A DNA stretch of 64,000 nucleotides from Infirmifilum sp. (GCA_041287245.1 JBEULP010000003.1:132530-196529), one strand, 5' to 3'. Shown: positions 49,537 to 59,704, counted from the stretch's first letter. The notes: a model not told the origin generated them from the sequence alone. Program-made: numbers and translations.

Positions 49537-49916
49537 ACCCCCATACCCTCTCTCAAAATATTCCTTATTTCCTCTAGCTGCCTCTTTATCTCGTCAAGCT
49601 CCTCCAGCATGGCTCTCTGGCGCGCACGGTAAATGAGCATCCTCTCTTCCATCTCCTTCAGCTTCACGTTCAAGCTTCGATCAACAACCTCTTCGCTCGC
49701 AAATGACGGTATAACAACATTGAAGATGAAACCAAAGAACCCTAGGGTGGCGCCGGCCAAAATGCTCAACACGGCTATAACACCACCGAAGAGGGGATCT
49801 AGCGCCTTAGAAGACACATACTTAATTATCTCCATTGGGACATAAAAGACAAGCGATACTACAAGGCCAAGTGTTAAAATGAAAACAAGAAGGTTACTTG
49901 CCTTCAAGCGCCTCAC
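49533..49916 (-). CDS. Hypothetical 2-TM membrane protein with C-terminal coiled coil
   Basis: Two hydrophobic segments followed by a heptad-rich tail; coupled to neighbouring genes. Confidence 0.7.
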   Translation of the reverse strand: MRRLKASNLLVFILTLGLVVSLVFYVPMEIIKYVSSKALDPLFGGVIAVLSILAGATLGFFGFIFNVVIPSFASEEVVDRSLNVKLKEMEERMLIYRARQRAMLEELDEIKRQLEEIRNILREGMGV

Positions 49917-50217
49917 CCAACTTCCTGAGCAGCTCAGGAGAAATAGTTATGCTGAACCCTGAAAGACTATAGACCTTTTTAGGCCTAGGCCCCTGAACAG
50001 TTTCGCCCTTAATGAACCCCATTCTTTCCAACAGCGACACATGAAGATGTGTTAAGGGGTATGAAAGCCCCAAGAGCTTCGAAAGTTCATAGGCATGTCT
50101 GGGCCTAACGGCTATAAGGGCAAGCATCTTTAGACGAACAGGGTTGGCCAACACTTGTAACACCTCTGCAAGCTCTTCAACTGTTGCATTTTCCCGCATC
50201 TCATCACTAACTATCAT
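49894..50217 (-). CDS. ArsR-family transcriptional regulator
   Basis: VLANPVRLKML...ELSKLLGLSYP..HLHV..LE..G. Confidence 0.85.
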   Translation of the reverse strand: MIVSDEMRENATVEELAEVLQVLANPVRLKMLALIAVRPRHAYELSKLLGLSYPLTHLHVSLLERMGFIKGETVQGPRPKKVYSLSGFSITISPELLRKLGEALEGK

Positions 50218-50346
50218 TCAGAACTTATATATAAACTTAGTCTTATAGATGTAGAGAAGCTAATACACAAACAAACAGGCGCTGGTAAAGAGTAGAATAT
50301 ACAGATAACTTTAAAGAGAAAGCCTGCTTCTCCTGGATTACGCTCG

Positions 50347-51144
50347 CTACTCGTTCTCGGAGAGGCCGAACCTCCTCAACGCGTCACTCGAAGACATGCC
50401 TCGATGTATTATCTCCATCAATGCTTTCACAACATCTGTGGGAGACGGGTGCTGGAAGATGTTTCTGCCGATAGCCGCCCCGGCAGCCCCCGATTTGACG
50501 GCATCCTCAACCATGGACAAAACATTACCGAGACGAGCCTTTGAGGAGCCAAGAACAACAACGGGTATTGGAACCTTACCGGTGACTTCTGAGAAACCAG
50601 CAGTATAAACAGTCTTTACTATGTCCGCTCCCAACTCGGCAGCTATCCTCGCGCCATACGCCACCACGTCAGAGTTTATGTTAGTAAAACCGGGGGGCTT
50701 TGGGACAACCTCTGCCATGACAGGTATCCCGAGGGGCTCAGCCTCCTCGACAACGCTAGCCAGCTTCTCCCAGAGAGTAGACTCGTGGCTACTCCCGGGG
50801 TAAACCATTATACTCACAGCGTCTGCTCCCGCGTTGACAGCACGGGCCACCGTTGAAATTAGCCTATCATCGGTCTCATCAGCGCTACGGACAGTCCCTG
50901 TTCCGTCTATACGTGCTACTATGAACACCCCTGATAAAAACTCGTAGTAGCGTTCGATCATCGCCGGTGTCAGCATCACCGCATCAGGAGAGCCTTCCAA
51001 AACTTTTTCAAGAGTCTTGGATAGGTCCTCTATCCCATTAAGAGGGCCATGCCGCCTCCCATGATCTAAAGCTACGATTAACGCTTTTCCGTCACGAAAC
51101 AATCTCTTTACTCTTATTTGCTTTCCCGAGCTCAAGGCTCCCAC
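50347..51144 (-). CDS. DhnA-type class I aldolase
   Basis: IVALDHG, GADAV, AAELGADIVKT and GRNIFQH. Confidence 0.88.
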   Translation of the reverse strand: MGALSSGKQIRVKRLFRDGKALIVALDHGRRHGPLNGIEDLSKTLEKVLEGSPDAVMLTPAMIERYYEFLSGVFIVARIDGTGTVRSADETDDRLISTVARAVNAGADAVSIMVYPGSSHESTLWEKLASVVEEAEPLGIPVMAEVVPKPPGFTNINSDVVAYGARIAAELGADIVKTVYTAGFSEVTGKVPIPVVVLGSSKARLGNVLSMVEDAVKSGAAGAAIGRNIFQHPSPTDVVKALMEIIHRGMSSSDALRRFGLSENE

Positions 51145-51515
51145 TCCACCCGTACTTTTTCTCCACTCTTCACCTTTCTGAGACGCTCCAAGTCACCTAC
51201 AATCCTGCCGAAAACATTTACAGGGCTTGCAGGTCGTATCTCTCCCTTCTTGCTGACAGGAGTGGGTCCAAAGAATAAACATAAAGCGTCTCCCGGCGGC
51301 CAGTAAGCAACGTCACCCTTCTCTACAACTTCAGACCCAACCTCCTGGCCTATCCGCGCGGGAGTAGAGAAATAGATCTCGTCACCCCATAAACTGACCC
51401 TGCTCTCAAAGGGCGTTGCCTTTCTAATAGCCTCAGCAGTTTTAGGGTTTTTTCCTGTAAGCTCTACCTCCACAACACCTATGCTCTCAGGGAAGATTAT
51501 TTTAAGCTTCCCCAT
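51132..51515 (-). CDS. Cyclophilin-like fold protein (DUF369/DUF3830 type)
   Basis: NPKT, WGDEIYF, GDVAYWPPG..LCLFFG.TP and PVNVFG. Confidence 0.8.
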   Translation of the reverse strand: MGKLKIIFPESIGVVEVELTGKNPKTAEAIRKATPFESRVSLWGDEIYFSTPARIGQEVGSEVVEKGDVAYWPPGDALCLFFGPTPVSKKGEIRPASPVNVFGRIVGDLERLRKVKSGEKVRVEWEP

Positions 51516-51525
51516 GCAGAACACC

Positions 51526-52449
51526 CTAGCGTATGGTTCTGGCAAATGCTGTGTATAAAACTCCTTTCGCAGCCTCTACAACCTCCCGCCACTCCTGGTT
51601 CTCTTCAGGTTTAACTTCGAAACCTATTGCCCCCGTGTAGCCTATCTCCTCTAAAACACTTAATAGCTGTGCAACATCCTCTACGCCGTTTATCGCGCCG
51701 GGCCTATAGAAGCCTGGATGCCAGTCCATGAGCCTACCATCCGGGAGCTTCTTCGTACAGCCTATGTGGATGTGGAAGAGGTATTCTCGAGCAACCCTTA
51801 TGTCCGAGGGCTTTTCACCCAGCATTGGAGCATGGCTTAAATCCCAGAGCAATCCTATATTGGAGTACTCTTGCCTAACCTCTTCAACTATCTCAACCGC
51901 CTCCCGTATCGGGCCTATGAGCTGCTTCTTATCCCAATCCCTATCAAACGTTTCAAGAATCAACTTGACCCCATACTTGCCGCCGAGGGCGGCAAGCTCT
52001 TTAAGGCTCTTAACGAGAGCATCCTTCGCGGCTTCACGATTCTCTGGACCAGGATCCGCTCCACTTGAAAAACCAACCTTTGTTATGCCTCTCTCAGCCG
52101 ATCTCTTTATAGCCTCGCTTAATGCTTCTACGGCTTTCCTCCTAGTCTGTTCGTCTACCGCAGCAGGGTTGTATCCTTGCGCTGTGGTCATAGGTTGGAG
52201 ACCTACAGCTACGTCCAAATTGGCGTTCCTGATAACCGGCTGGATAAGGCTCCATACCTCGTCACTTAAGAGGTTGAACTCAAGCATGTCGAAAAAGGGG
52301 TCGCGCGCAAGGGCCTCAACGGTCTCAACTGCAGCCTGAGTACTGTTTTTCATAAGAAGCGGGTTAGCCATAAAGGCAACTATGCTCACTTTCCAAGGAA
52401 AGCTCACGTTATAAGTGTAAATACCCTTTTTAACAAGGACAGCAAACAT
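51526..52449 (-). CDS. Sugar phosphate isomerase/epimerase (xylose isomerase-like TIM barrel)
   Basis: LILETFD, WDLSH, HIH and GYTGAIGFE metal-ligand pattern. Confidence 0.8.
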   Translation of the reverse strand: MFAVLVKKGIYTYNVSFPWKVSIVAFMANPLLMKNSTQAAVETVEALARDPFFDMLEFNLLSDEVWSLIQPVIRNANLDVAVGLQPMTTAQGYNPAAVDEQTRRKAVEALSEAIKRSAERGITKVGFSSGADPGPENREAAKDALVKSLKELAALGGKYGVKLILETFDRDWDKKQLIGPIREAVEIVEEVRQEYSNIGLLWDLSHAPMLGEKPSDIRVAREYLFHIHIGCTKKLPDGRLMDWHPGFYRPGAINGVEDVAQLLSVLEEIGYTGAIGFEVKPEENQEWREVVEAAKGVLYTAFARTIR

Positions 52450-52497
52450 GTTTATCGTTTTTATTGTTTAAAGAAGAGATATAAGCCTTGCTTACTA

Positions 52498-53388
52498 TTG
52501 CGTCTTGTGTTTCAAGAGTTATTGAACATATATATCCCTCTTTTAATAGGGATCACTCTCGGATTTATAGTAAAACCAAGTGATGAACAACTCGTCTTAC
52601 TGGCAAAAATAGTTCTCTATATCTTTCTACCAGCCTTGCTTTTCTCGGCCACTTATGCTAGACTCTTGCAGAGCTCAGACCCAACTGTTTTAACAATCTC
52701 GCTACTGAGCGGCCTCAGCGTGGTTTTAACTTTCATGCTAACCAAAGCCTTACGAGAAAAGGAAGAAATCATATTAACATCCATGTACGCGAACGCAGGC
52801 TATCTGCCACTCGGCATTGCACAGTCTCTCTACGGGGAAAGTGGCGCTGCGAGCGTTGGTTTCTACATCCTGGGCAACAATTCCACTTCAAACTTTATAG
52901 CTCCATCCCTCTCAAGGAAAAGCCAAGAAAAACCTAGTAGGACTTTAAAAAGAATAATGAGCTTTCCCCCGATAGTGGCTATTGTTCTCGGCTCTATTCT
53001 TGGGTTAGTAGGCATAAAAATCCCAGATTTTATCTTATCCTCGCTGAAGCCTTTCGCTGAATCAGCGTCCTCCCTTGCACTAGTAGAGTTGGGGATAGAG
53101 TTCAGCTTAAACCCCTCCCTAAGTCTCGATGGAATAAAAGCGTATCTGTATCGGATTCTCGTGGTGGTTCCTTTGACCTTTCTCTTTATCTCGAGCGGAC
53201 TCCTAAAAGGGGTGGATAAAGGGGTAGCCCTCATCGAGAGCGTGATGCCTAGCGCCGTGTCCTGCATGCCCATATCCCGGGAGTTAGGACTTGATTCAAA
53301 CAAGGTTTCCCGAATTATCTTCACCTCAACACTCATCGCCACTATGGTGGTTCTCCCCATAGTTCTCTTCTTTTTTAACGTACCCTAG
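52498..53388 (+). CDS. AEC-family (auxin efflux carrier-like) transporter
   Basis: IFLPALLF, ANAGYLPLG, MPSA and IFTST; about 10 TM segments. Confidence 0.85.
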   Translation: MRLVFQELLNIYIPLLIGITLGFIVKPSDEQLVLLAKIVLYIFLPALLFSATYARLLQSSDPTVLTISLLSGLSVVLTFMLTKALREKEEIILTSMYANAGYLPLGIAQSLYGESGAASVGFYILGNNSTSNFIAPSLSRKSQEKPSRTLKRIMSFPPIVAIVLGSILGLVGIKIPDFILSSLKPFAESASSLALVELGIEFSLNPSLSLDGIKAYLYRILVVVPLTFLFISSGLLKGVDKGVALIESVMPSAVSCMPISRELGLDSNKVSRIIFTSTLIATMVVLPIVLFFFNVP

Positions 53389-53433
53389 CTACGTAGAGTT
53401 TATTTAGAAATTCATAGTAGATGACTGGTAAGG

Positions 53434-53952
53434 ATGATGAAGTCTCTGCTACTCCTCACTATATCAATATCCGTGCTTGTCATAACACTAGCCGTTTCGG
53501 TCAACCGGTTCAATTCCCAGCTCACAGCTAAACAGGTGTCCAATGAGACTAGAATAACAGCATTGACATCACAAAATGCTTCGAGAGACAGCGCATCCCA
53601 AGGTAGTAGGTTTTTGCCTCCTGCCCTTCTTTTCCCCTCCCTGATTCTTCTCACAGCCGTATCCCTCCTCGCCGCACTCTTTATTGTAGTTCCTCCAGTC
53701 ATTAGAATGTTTAAGGTTAGAGGCGAGGGGCTGGAAAAACTAGTACTAAAACTTCGGGTATCGAAGAACTCTTCACTTGCAAGTGTAATATTATCGCTGG
53801 GATCTCTTCTTCTCAACCTTACTTCCCAGGCAGTTCTCTGGGCCTCAGCTTCCCTCGTTCTAGCTGTTGTATCCATGGGGTTTTACGCTTATATTAAGAA
53901 GATCGAGAGAACGACGCTGTCCCTAATATCTGAAGCAAACCCGCTGTATTGA
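53434..53952 (+). CDS. Hypothetical membrane protein
   Basis: 172 aa with several hydrophobic segments; fills the gap. Confidence 0.6.
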   Translation: MMKSLLLLTISISVLVITLAVSVNRFNSQLTAKQVSNETRITALTSQNASRDSASQGSRFLPPALLFPSLILLTAVSLLAALFIVVPPVIRMFKVRGEGLEKLVLKLRVSKNSSLASVILSLGSLLLNLTSQAVLWASASLVLAVVSMGFYAYIKKIERTTLSLISEANPLY

Positions 53953-53970
53953 AAAAAGCTTGGAATTTCA

Positions 53971-54930
53971 TTAGGCTAATGTTTCACCAGAGAGTACTGC
54001 AACCCTTGGTTTTCCCTCGAAAGTGATGTAGCCTCTCAGGAAAACTTCACAGTTCGTAGCCAATCCTATCCTTCCATCTGCATCTACAGCTATTAGGCCT
54101 ACAGTGTTACTGCGTCCGAAGAAGCTCGTCATCTCCGAGACAACTTCCTGAACTGCATTCTCAATGTCCTTACCCGTCTTAACTTTAAAGGCTACCCTCA
54201 TGGATGCTAGGTAGCGAGCAATGTATTCGCCAACACCAGTAGCTGAGGCTGCTACAATGTTGTTCTCGGCGTATACGCCTGCTCCCGGTAGAGGCGTGTC
54301 GCCAACCCTGCCCGGTAGCTTTAACCATAATCCACCGGTGCTTGTTGCCGCAGCTAGATTCCCATCCCGATCCAAAGCGACAGCACCGACAGTATCTGAA
54401 AAGAAGTCTTTTACGAAACTAAAATTCTTCCCCCATAACTCATAATCTTGTTGCTTAACCTTCCCGAGGAGCTCAATATATCTCTCCTGGATCGCAGTTG
54501 GAGGAGGCCCGGCTTTTTCAAAACCAAGTATTTCGGCCAGCCTGTCTGCACCGACTCCAACGATGAAAGCGTGATCTGTCCTCTCCATAACCTTGCGTGC
54601 AAGAGAAATAGCATTCCAGGTATATCTGACCGATGCGACCGCGCCATAGCTCAGATCTTTGCCCCACATTATCCCAGCGTCGCGCTCTTGTTCGCCCAGA
54701 AGGTTAAGGGCAGCTCCCTTTCCGGCGTTAAATACGCCTGAGGCTTCCATCGATCTCACCGCAACCTCCACAGCGTCTAGAGCGTTGCCACTCCTTAGAG
54801 TAGCGAACCCTTCATGGAGCGCCTCCCTGAGGGAGGCTTCGATTCTCGGCTTATCCTCGAGAATTGAGGGCCTCATTTTTCCGGCGCCGCCGTGAATAAC
54901 AAGTGTCTCTCGTGACACAATGTTTGTCAA
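53971..54930 (-). CDS. Isoaspartyl peptidase/L-asparaginase (Ntn hydrolase)
   Basis: IHGGAG, FNAGKG, DTVGAVALD, TSTGG and GRVGD. Confidence 0.92.
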   Translation of the reverse strand: MTNIVSRETLVIHGGAGKMRPSILEDKPRIEASLREALHEGFATLRSGNALDAVEVAVRSMEASGVFNAGKGAALNLLGEQERDAGIMWGKDLSYGAVASVRYTWNAISLARKVMERTDHAFIVGVGADRLAEILGFEKAGPPPTAIQERYIELLGKVKQQDYELWGKNFSFVKDFFSDTVGAVALDRDGNLAAATSTGGLWLKLPGRVGDTPLPGAGVYAENNIVAASATGVGEYIARYLASMRVAFKVKTGKDIENAVQEVVSEMTSFFGRSNTVGLIAVDADGRIGLATNCEVFLRGYITFEGKPRVAVLSGETLA

Positions 54931-54986
54931 GTCTCACATAGAAATATTTTTTACCACCAAGTGCGCTAAAGCTCTGAGGTGCTTAG

Positions 54987-55328
54987 ATGTATCCCGTAGT
55001 TGGCTCTCCGGTGATAGCTCTGCAATTCAACATAGGTCCGACGGAGATTCTCCTATTAATCATAATCGCGTTAATACTCTTTGGGCCTAAAAAACTCCCA
55101 GAGCTCGCCAAGGCGGCGGGCGAGGCTGTCAGGATATTCCGCGAGGAAAGCCAGAAATTAACCTCCTCTGTAGAGGAGGCGTCATCTCCCAAGTCTTCAA
55201 CAACCTCACTATCGGATGAGGAGCTTAGAAAGCTGGCTGAAAAGCTGGGCGTTACTGCTGAGGGAAAATCCAAGGAGGAGCTAGTCCAGGAGGTTATTCA
55301 GAAGGCTAAGGAGAAGGGACTTATTTAG
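54987..55328 (+). CDS. tatA: Twin-arginine translocase TatA/E subunit
   Basis: IGPTEILL...LFGPKKLPELAKAAGEAVRIFR. Confidence 0.9.
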   Translation: MYPVVGSPVIALQFNIGPTEILLLIIIALILFGPKKLPELAKAAGEAVRIFREESQKLTSSVEEASSPKSSTTSLSDEELRKLAEKLGVTAEGKSKEELVQEVIQKAKEKGLI

Positions 55329-55399
55329 CCAGTTCAGGGATATTCTATTTTCAACATTAGTTTTTTACTTGCTCGTTTGGTCGAGTTTCATAAGAGAAC

Positions 55400-56368
55400 A
55401 TGGAGCTAGTATTAAAGAAAAAGCAGGGGAAACAATTGCTTGAGTATCTTGCTTTTTCAAGCCAAAAAGTCAGCGAAGAGATTGAACGTGTTGAACAGCT
55501 CTATAATGACCTCTTGAAGAAGGGCCAGTCGAGCCCCATACTCAAGTCCATGGTGGAGCGGATAGTTGCCGAGGTACGTTTACCTGAACCCCCGCTACCC
55601 CCCGATGCCGAAAAGATTCCGCAGAGCCTAGAAGAGTATGAAAAGAGTCTTAAAACCCTTGAGAATGTGCTTCGACAGACGTTGAGCTTTGTAGAGAGAA
55701 CTGAGAGCTTATTGCCGGCTCTGGAGAACGCCGTAGAGAAAACAAGGAGGATGGCTGAGGTTATCAAGTCTATAAACCCAAGCCTCGCTAACGAGGCGTT
55801 TCGCCATCTCTCTAAAGCCAGAAGATTACAGGAGCTGTTAGTTATTGAACCAAAACTTCCTCTCCTAGCAGACCTCGAGTCTTTATTGGAGGCGCTTGAG
55901 AGAACTGAGAGGACCCTCTGGGCGGAGTATGAGAAAACCCTCGGGTTTATACAGAGAGATTTGAAGGCTACCCGTGAAATAACTGAAAAAGCGCTTGCAA
56001 TAGCCGTTCTTCAAGAAAAGTCGATGCTTTTGAAAGAACTCGAGGCGCTCGACAGATTAGGTAAGACTCTAGCCGATCTCAAGAATAACCCTCAACCCCT
56101 CAACACGCAGGAGTTTTACAAAGAGTTGGGCAGGATAAAGGATCTTGCCGAGGAAGTGATGCATAAGACCTTGTCGCCCGAGGAGGTAAGGGTCTTCGAA
56201 GCGCTCTCATGGCTACGTTCAGGCAGTGAGAGCCGAGTTATGGATTTTGCGGATTTAATAGACATCTTAGGTAAGAGAAGCGGCCTAGCTGCAGACGAGG
56301 TTATGAGAATACTCTACAAGTTTACAAAGAGCGGTTCGGTAAAGGTTCTCACACGTGTCTTGCCTTAA
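55400..56368 (+). CDS. Hypothetical coiled-coil protein with possible C-terminal winged helix
   Basis: L/E/K-rich helical sequence; tail LSPEEVRVF...L...ILYKFTKSGSVKV. Confidence 0.7.
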   Translation: MELVLKKKQGKQLLEYLAFSSQKVSEEIERVEQLYNDLLKKGQSSPILKSMVERIVAEVRLPEPPLPPDAEKIPQSLEEYEKSLKTLENVLRQTLSFVERTESLLPALENAVEKTRRMAEVIKSINPSLANEAFRHLSKARRLQELLVIEPKLPLLADLESLLEALERTERTLWAEYEKTLGFIQRDLKATREITEKALAIAVLQEKSMLLKELEALDRLGKTLADLKNNPQPLNTQEFYKELGRIKDLAEEVMHKTLSPEEVRVFEALSWLRSGSESRVMDFADLIDILGKRSGLAADEVMRILYKFTKSGSVKVLTRVLP

Positions 56369-56428
56369 CCTCGGCGCGCTACATTTAGACAAAATCTTTA
56401 AGACTTTTGGGAAAGTGTACCGGCTAGA

Positions 56429-57073
56429 ATGAGTTACATAGCTGGCATTGACGAGGCGGGTCGAGGGCCTCTAATAGGTCCTATGGTAATAGCTATTGTC
56501 GCGGCGAAAGAACAGAAGCTGCATTTAATAGAGAAGCTGGGTGTAAGAGACTCTAAACTTCTCACACCTTCACGCCGTGAGAGATTAAGGCGGGTGCTAG
56601 AGGAAACCTTGGATTATATCTCTATGCGGGTTGTTTCTCCAGAGGAGATTGACCGCGCCGTTGAGGGTGTTACGTATGAAAACCTCAATCACCTAGAGCT
56701 ATCATTGATAGCTGATCTGATAAAGAAGGCTGTAAGGGAGGTTGAGATAGTGAGAGTGTATGTGGACTCGCCCGACCCAATCCCGTCGCGGTTTCGGGAT
56801 AAGCTAGCACTAGAGGTAGACGGTGATGTTGAGGTTATAGTGGAAAATCATGCTGATGAAAAGTACGTGATAGTCTCGGCGGCTTCCATCGTCGCTAAGA
56901 CTGAGAGAGACAGGATCATTGAGAAACTGAAGAGAGAGTATGGGGATTTCGGTTCGGGTTATCCCTCAGACCCTAGAACAATAGCTTTTATCAGGAGCTT
57001 ATTAGAGGGGGGTAGAGACTTGCCTCCTATAGTGCGGAGGTCGTGGAAGACGCTTAACAGAATAAAGATCTAA
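56429..57073 (+). CDS. rnhB: Ribonuclease HII
   Basis: GIDEAGRGP, DSK, SAASIVAK and GSGYPSDP. Confidence 0.96.
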   Translation: MSYIAGIDEAGRGPLIGPMVIAIVAAKEQKLHLIEKLGVRDSKLLTPSRRERLRRVLEETLDYISMRVVSPEEIDRAVEGVTYENLNHLELSLIADLIKKAVREVEIVRVYVDSPDPIPSRFRDKLALEVDGDVEVIVENHADEKYVIVSAASIVAKTERDRIIEKLKREYGDFGSGYPSDPRTIAFIRSLLEGGRDLPPIVRRSWKTLNRIKI

Positions 57074-57130
57074 CCGCCTCGTTATAAGGAGCCAGTAAAG
57101 CTTAAGACCCGTGCGCTTTAAAACAACCAT

Positions 57131-57733
57131 ATGACCCGACGGGAGTTTTATGCTCATCCAACAGCTGTGATAGAGGATGGGGCACAAATCGGAGAAGGTA
57201 CCAGGATATGGCACTTCGCCCACGTGAGGAGTGGGGCTGTCGTCGGACGTGAGTGTAATATTGGGAAGGACGTGTACATTGACGCCGGCGCAGTGGTGGG
57301 TAACAGGGTTAAAATCCAGAATGGTGTATCAGTTTACAAGGGGGTAGTTATAGAGGATGATGTCTTCGTGGGGCCCTACGCCGTCTTTACAAATGATAAG
57401 TATCCAAGGGCTTTTTCGAAGGATTGGGAGGTTGTTCCAACTCGGATAAAACGTGGGGCCTCAATAGGGGCTAATGCTACGGTTGTCTGCGGAGTAACCA
57501 TAGGAGAGTTCGCGATGATAGCGGCTGGTAGTGTTGTAACCAAGGATGTTCCTCCACACGGGCTGGTTATGGGGAACCCCGCCAGACTAGTCGGTTTTGT
57601 ATGTTATTGTGGAAGACCGTTAGAAGAGAAGATCTTCGAGGACGGGGAAAAAGTGGTGTTCAAGTGTAAGCATTGTGGTAAGGAGGTTGAGGTTAAGCGT
57701 GTTTTCCTCAATATGCTTGAGAGAAAAAAGTGA
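57131..57733 (+). CDS. Hexapeptide-repeat N-acetyltransferase (WbpD-like) with C-terminal zinc ribbon
   Basis: TRIWHF, KIQNGV, VFTND and GNPAR; CYCG...CKHC. Confidence 0.88.
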   Translation: MTRREFYAHPTAVIEDGAQIGEGTRIWHFAHVRSGAVVGRECNIGKDVYIDAGAVVGNRVKIQNGVSVYKGVVIEDDVFVGPYAVFTNDKYPRAFSKDWEVVPTRIKRGASIGANATVVCGVTIGEFAMIAAGSVVTKDVPPHGLVMGNPARLVGFVCYCGRPLEEKIFEDGEKVVFKCKHCGKEVEVKRVFLNMLERKK

Positions 57734-57816
57734 TTGGTTTTTAAAAGTCACGGCTCGTGAAAAATAAACTATTTTAGTAATTATTGTTTATCATTAGGGG
57801 TATAGTATTAGATATT

Positions 57817-59427
57817 GTGGAAAAAGAACACATTCTTTCAATCGACATTGGAACTACGACGGTAAAGGCCGCTATCTTCCATGTAAGTGGAAAAATACTG
57901 GGAATTGAGGGGCGGGAATACCCCACCTATTATCCCCGTCCCGGATGGGCTGAGCAGGATCCCGAGGATTGGTGGAACGCTACAGTACAGATTATTAGAA
58001 ACCTCTTATCCAAGACAAAGGTTGAACCCAAGAGTATTACGGGGATATGTGCTAGTAGCCAGCGAGAGACACTAGCATTTATAGACGTTTCAGGACGCAG
58101 TCTTGGAAGAGTCCCCATCTGGATGGACCGACGCAGCACCCCCCAGGCTGAAAGCATTAAAAACAAGGTTGACCCGATGACGATTTACAAGAAGACGGGT
58201 CTAGTTGTAGACGCGACTTTTACGGCTACAAAGCTACTATGGTTTAAGGAGAACGCACCTGAAATTCTCAAGAAGGCTAAGGCGGGGCTGCAACCGAAAG
58301 ATTATATCGTCTTCAAGCTTACAGGTAAAGTTGTAACGGACCATACAGTAGCATCTAGAACAATGCTTTTCAATATTAACACGCAAAGATGGGATGATGA
58401 GCTCATAGCAGTCCTAGGCCTTGAAGAGTACTCACATCTACTACCAGAGTCTTTCCCGAGCTGGGAGCTTGTTGGCGAGGTCAACGGCGAAGCCGCTAGT
58501 GTAACCGGTCTAGCTGAGGGCACCCCTGTACTTGCTGGAACAGGGGATAGAACAGCCGAGATACTTGGAGCAGGAATACTATCTTCGAATAGGGTGGAAG
58601 AGTCGACGGGCACTGGCTCGACGACTGCCACGCTTCTGAGTAGTCCTCTTCTAGACGCGAAAATGAGATATTCCGTAGGCGTGGGACCTATTCCAGGAAC
58701 TTGGGCTCTCGAAGCAGGAATGTCTACGGCTGGAGCTATTTTAAGATGGTTTAGAGACCAGCTTGCGGAGGGCGTTAACCTTCTAGCCTCATCAACAAGG
58801 CGTAGGGCTTACGAGTACCTTGATATGGAAGCCGAGTATATCCCACCTGGATCCAATGGGCTTATTGTCCTACCTTTCTTTTCAGGCGCCAGATCCCCGC
58901 GCTGGAACCCATATGCCAGAGGAGTAGTTTTTGGACTCACGGTGTACCATACGCGGGCTCACATATTCCGTGCAATCATGGAGGGTATCGCCTATGAGGT
59001 TAGAAAGATACTTGAGGTTTTAGAGGAAGCCGGGATTAAGCCCAGCGAGATTGTTCTAATGGGAGGCGGAGCAAAGTCCCCCACATGGGCTAGGATCAAG
59101 GCAAGCGTTACTAGGTTAGAGGCTGTTCTACCCGAGCTTCTAGACGCCGCGCTGGGTGGAGATGCCATGCTAGTATCTGTAGCAAGTGGCGCCTTAGGAA
59201 GTTACGAGGAAGCTTCAAAGATTTTCTTTAGAGAGCGGTTGAGGATAAAACCTGACGAGTCACAAGCCAAAGTTTATGACAAGTATTACCAGTTATACGA
59301 GAAACTAGCAAACATGTTTAATGATTATTTTGTAGAAGTTGCAAAGCTTGGCGAGGCAACCCCCTCAACCCCTCCTTGGGATATTGAAAACCTCACACAC
59401 CTGCTTTTCAAGCTTGAAAAGCCCTAG
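57817..59427 (+). CDS. FGGY-family sugar kinase (xylulokinase-like); GTG 57817 preferred
   Basis: IDIGTTTVK, WAEQDPEDWW, WMDRR, GARSP, MEGIAY and GGGAKS. Confidence 0.9.
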   Translation: MEKEHILSIDIGTTTVKAAIFHVSGKILGIEGREYPTYYPRPGWAEQDPEDWWNATVQIIRNLLSKTKVEPKSITGICASSQRETLAFIDVSGRSLGRVPIWMDRRSTPQAESIKNKVDPMTIYKKTGLVVDATFTATKLLWFKENAPEILKKAKAGLQPKDYIVFKLTGKVVTDHTVASRTMLFNINTQRWDDELIAVLGLEEYSHLLPESFPSWELVGEVNGEAASVTGLAEGTPVLAGTGDRTAEILGAGILSSNRVEESTGTGSTTATLLSSPLLDAKMRYSVGVGPIPGTWALEAGMSTAGAILRWFRDQLAEGVNLLASSTRRRAYEYLDMEAEYIPPGSNGLIVLPFFSGARSPRWNPYARGVVFGLTVYHTRAHIFRAIMEGIAYEVRKILEVLEEAGIKPSEIVLMGGGAKSPTWARIKASVTRLEAVLPELLDAALGGDAMLVSVASGALGSYEEASKIFFRERLRIKPDESQAKVYDKYYQLYEKLANMFNDYFVEVAKLGEATPSTPPWDIENLTHLLFKLEKP

Positions 59428-59446
59428 AGAGCGCGATAAGAAGCCG

Positions 59447-59704
59447 TCATAATTTTCCGAGATAGTCCTTTAACCATGTTACAACCCTCTCGTAGCTCTC
59501 CCTACCCTCACGCGTCAACTCCACGTAGTCCACGCCTTTATCGTGGACGATTCTTACTAGTCTTTTTTCCTCTAACCAGCCGAGATATCTTAAAAAAGCA
59601 GGATAGTTAAGCCTGCTAGCCATCTGAAGATGCGTTTTCCTAAGCCTACCCTCGTTGTATAACACGTCGAGAATCCTTGCCACCACAATTATGTCAATCC
59701 GCAT
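59447..59704 (-). CDS. Archaeal winged-helix DNA-binding protein
   Basis: IVVARIL...KTHLQMASRLNY...YL..L...LT.EG. Confidence 0.8.
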   Translation of the reverse strand: MRIDIIVVARILDVLYNEGRLRKTHLQMASRLNYPAFLRYLGWLEEKRLVRIVHDKGVDYVELTREGRESYERVVTWLKDYLGKL

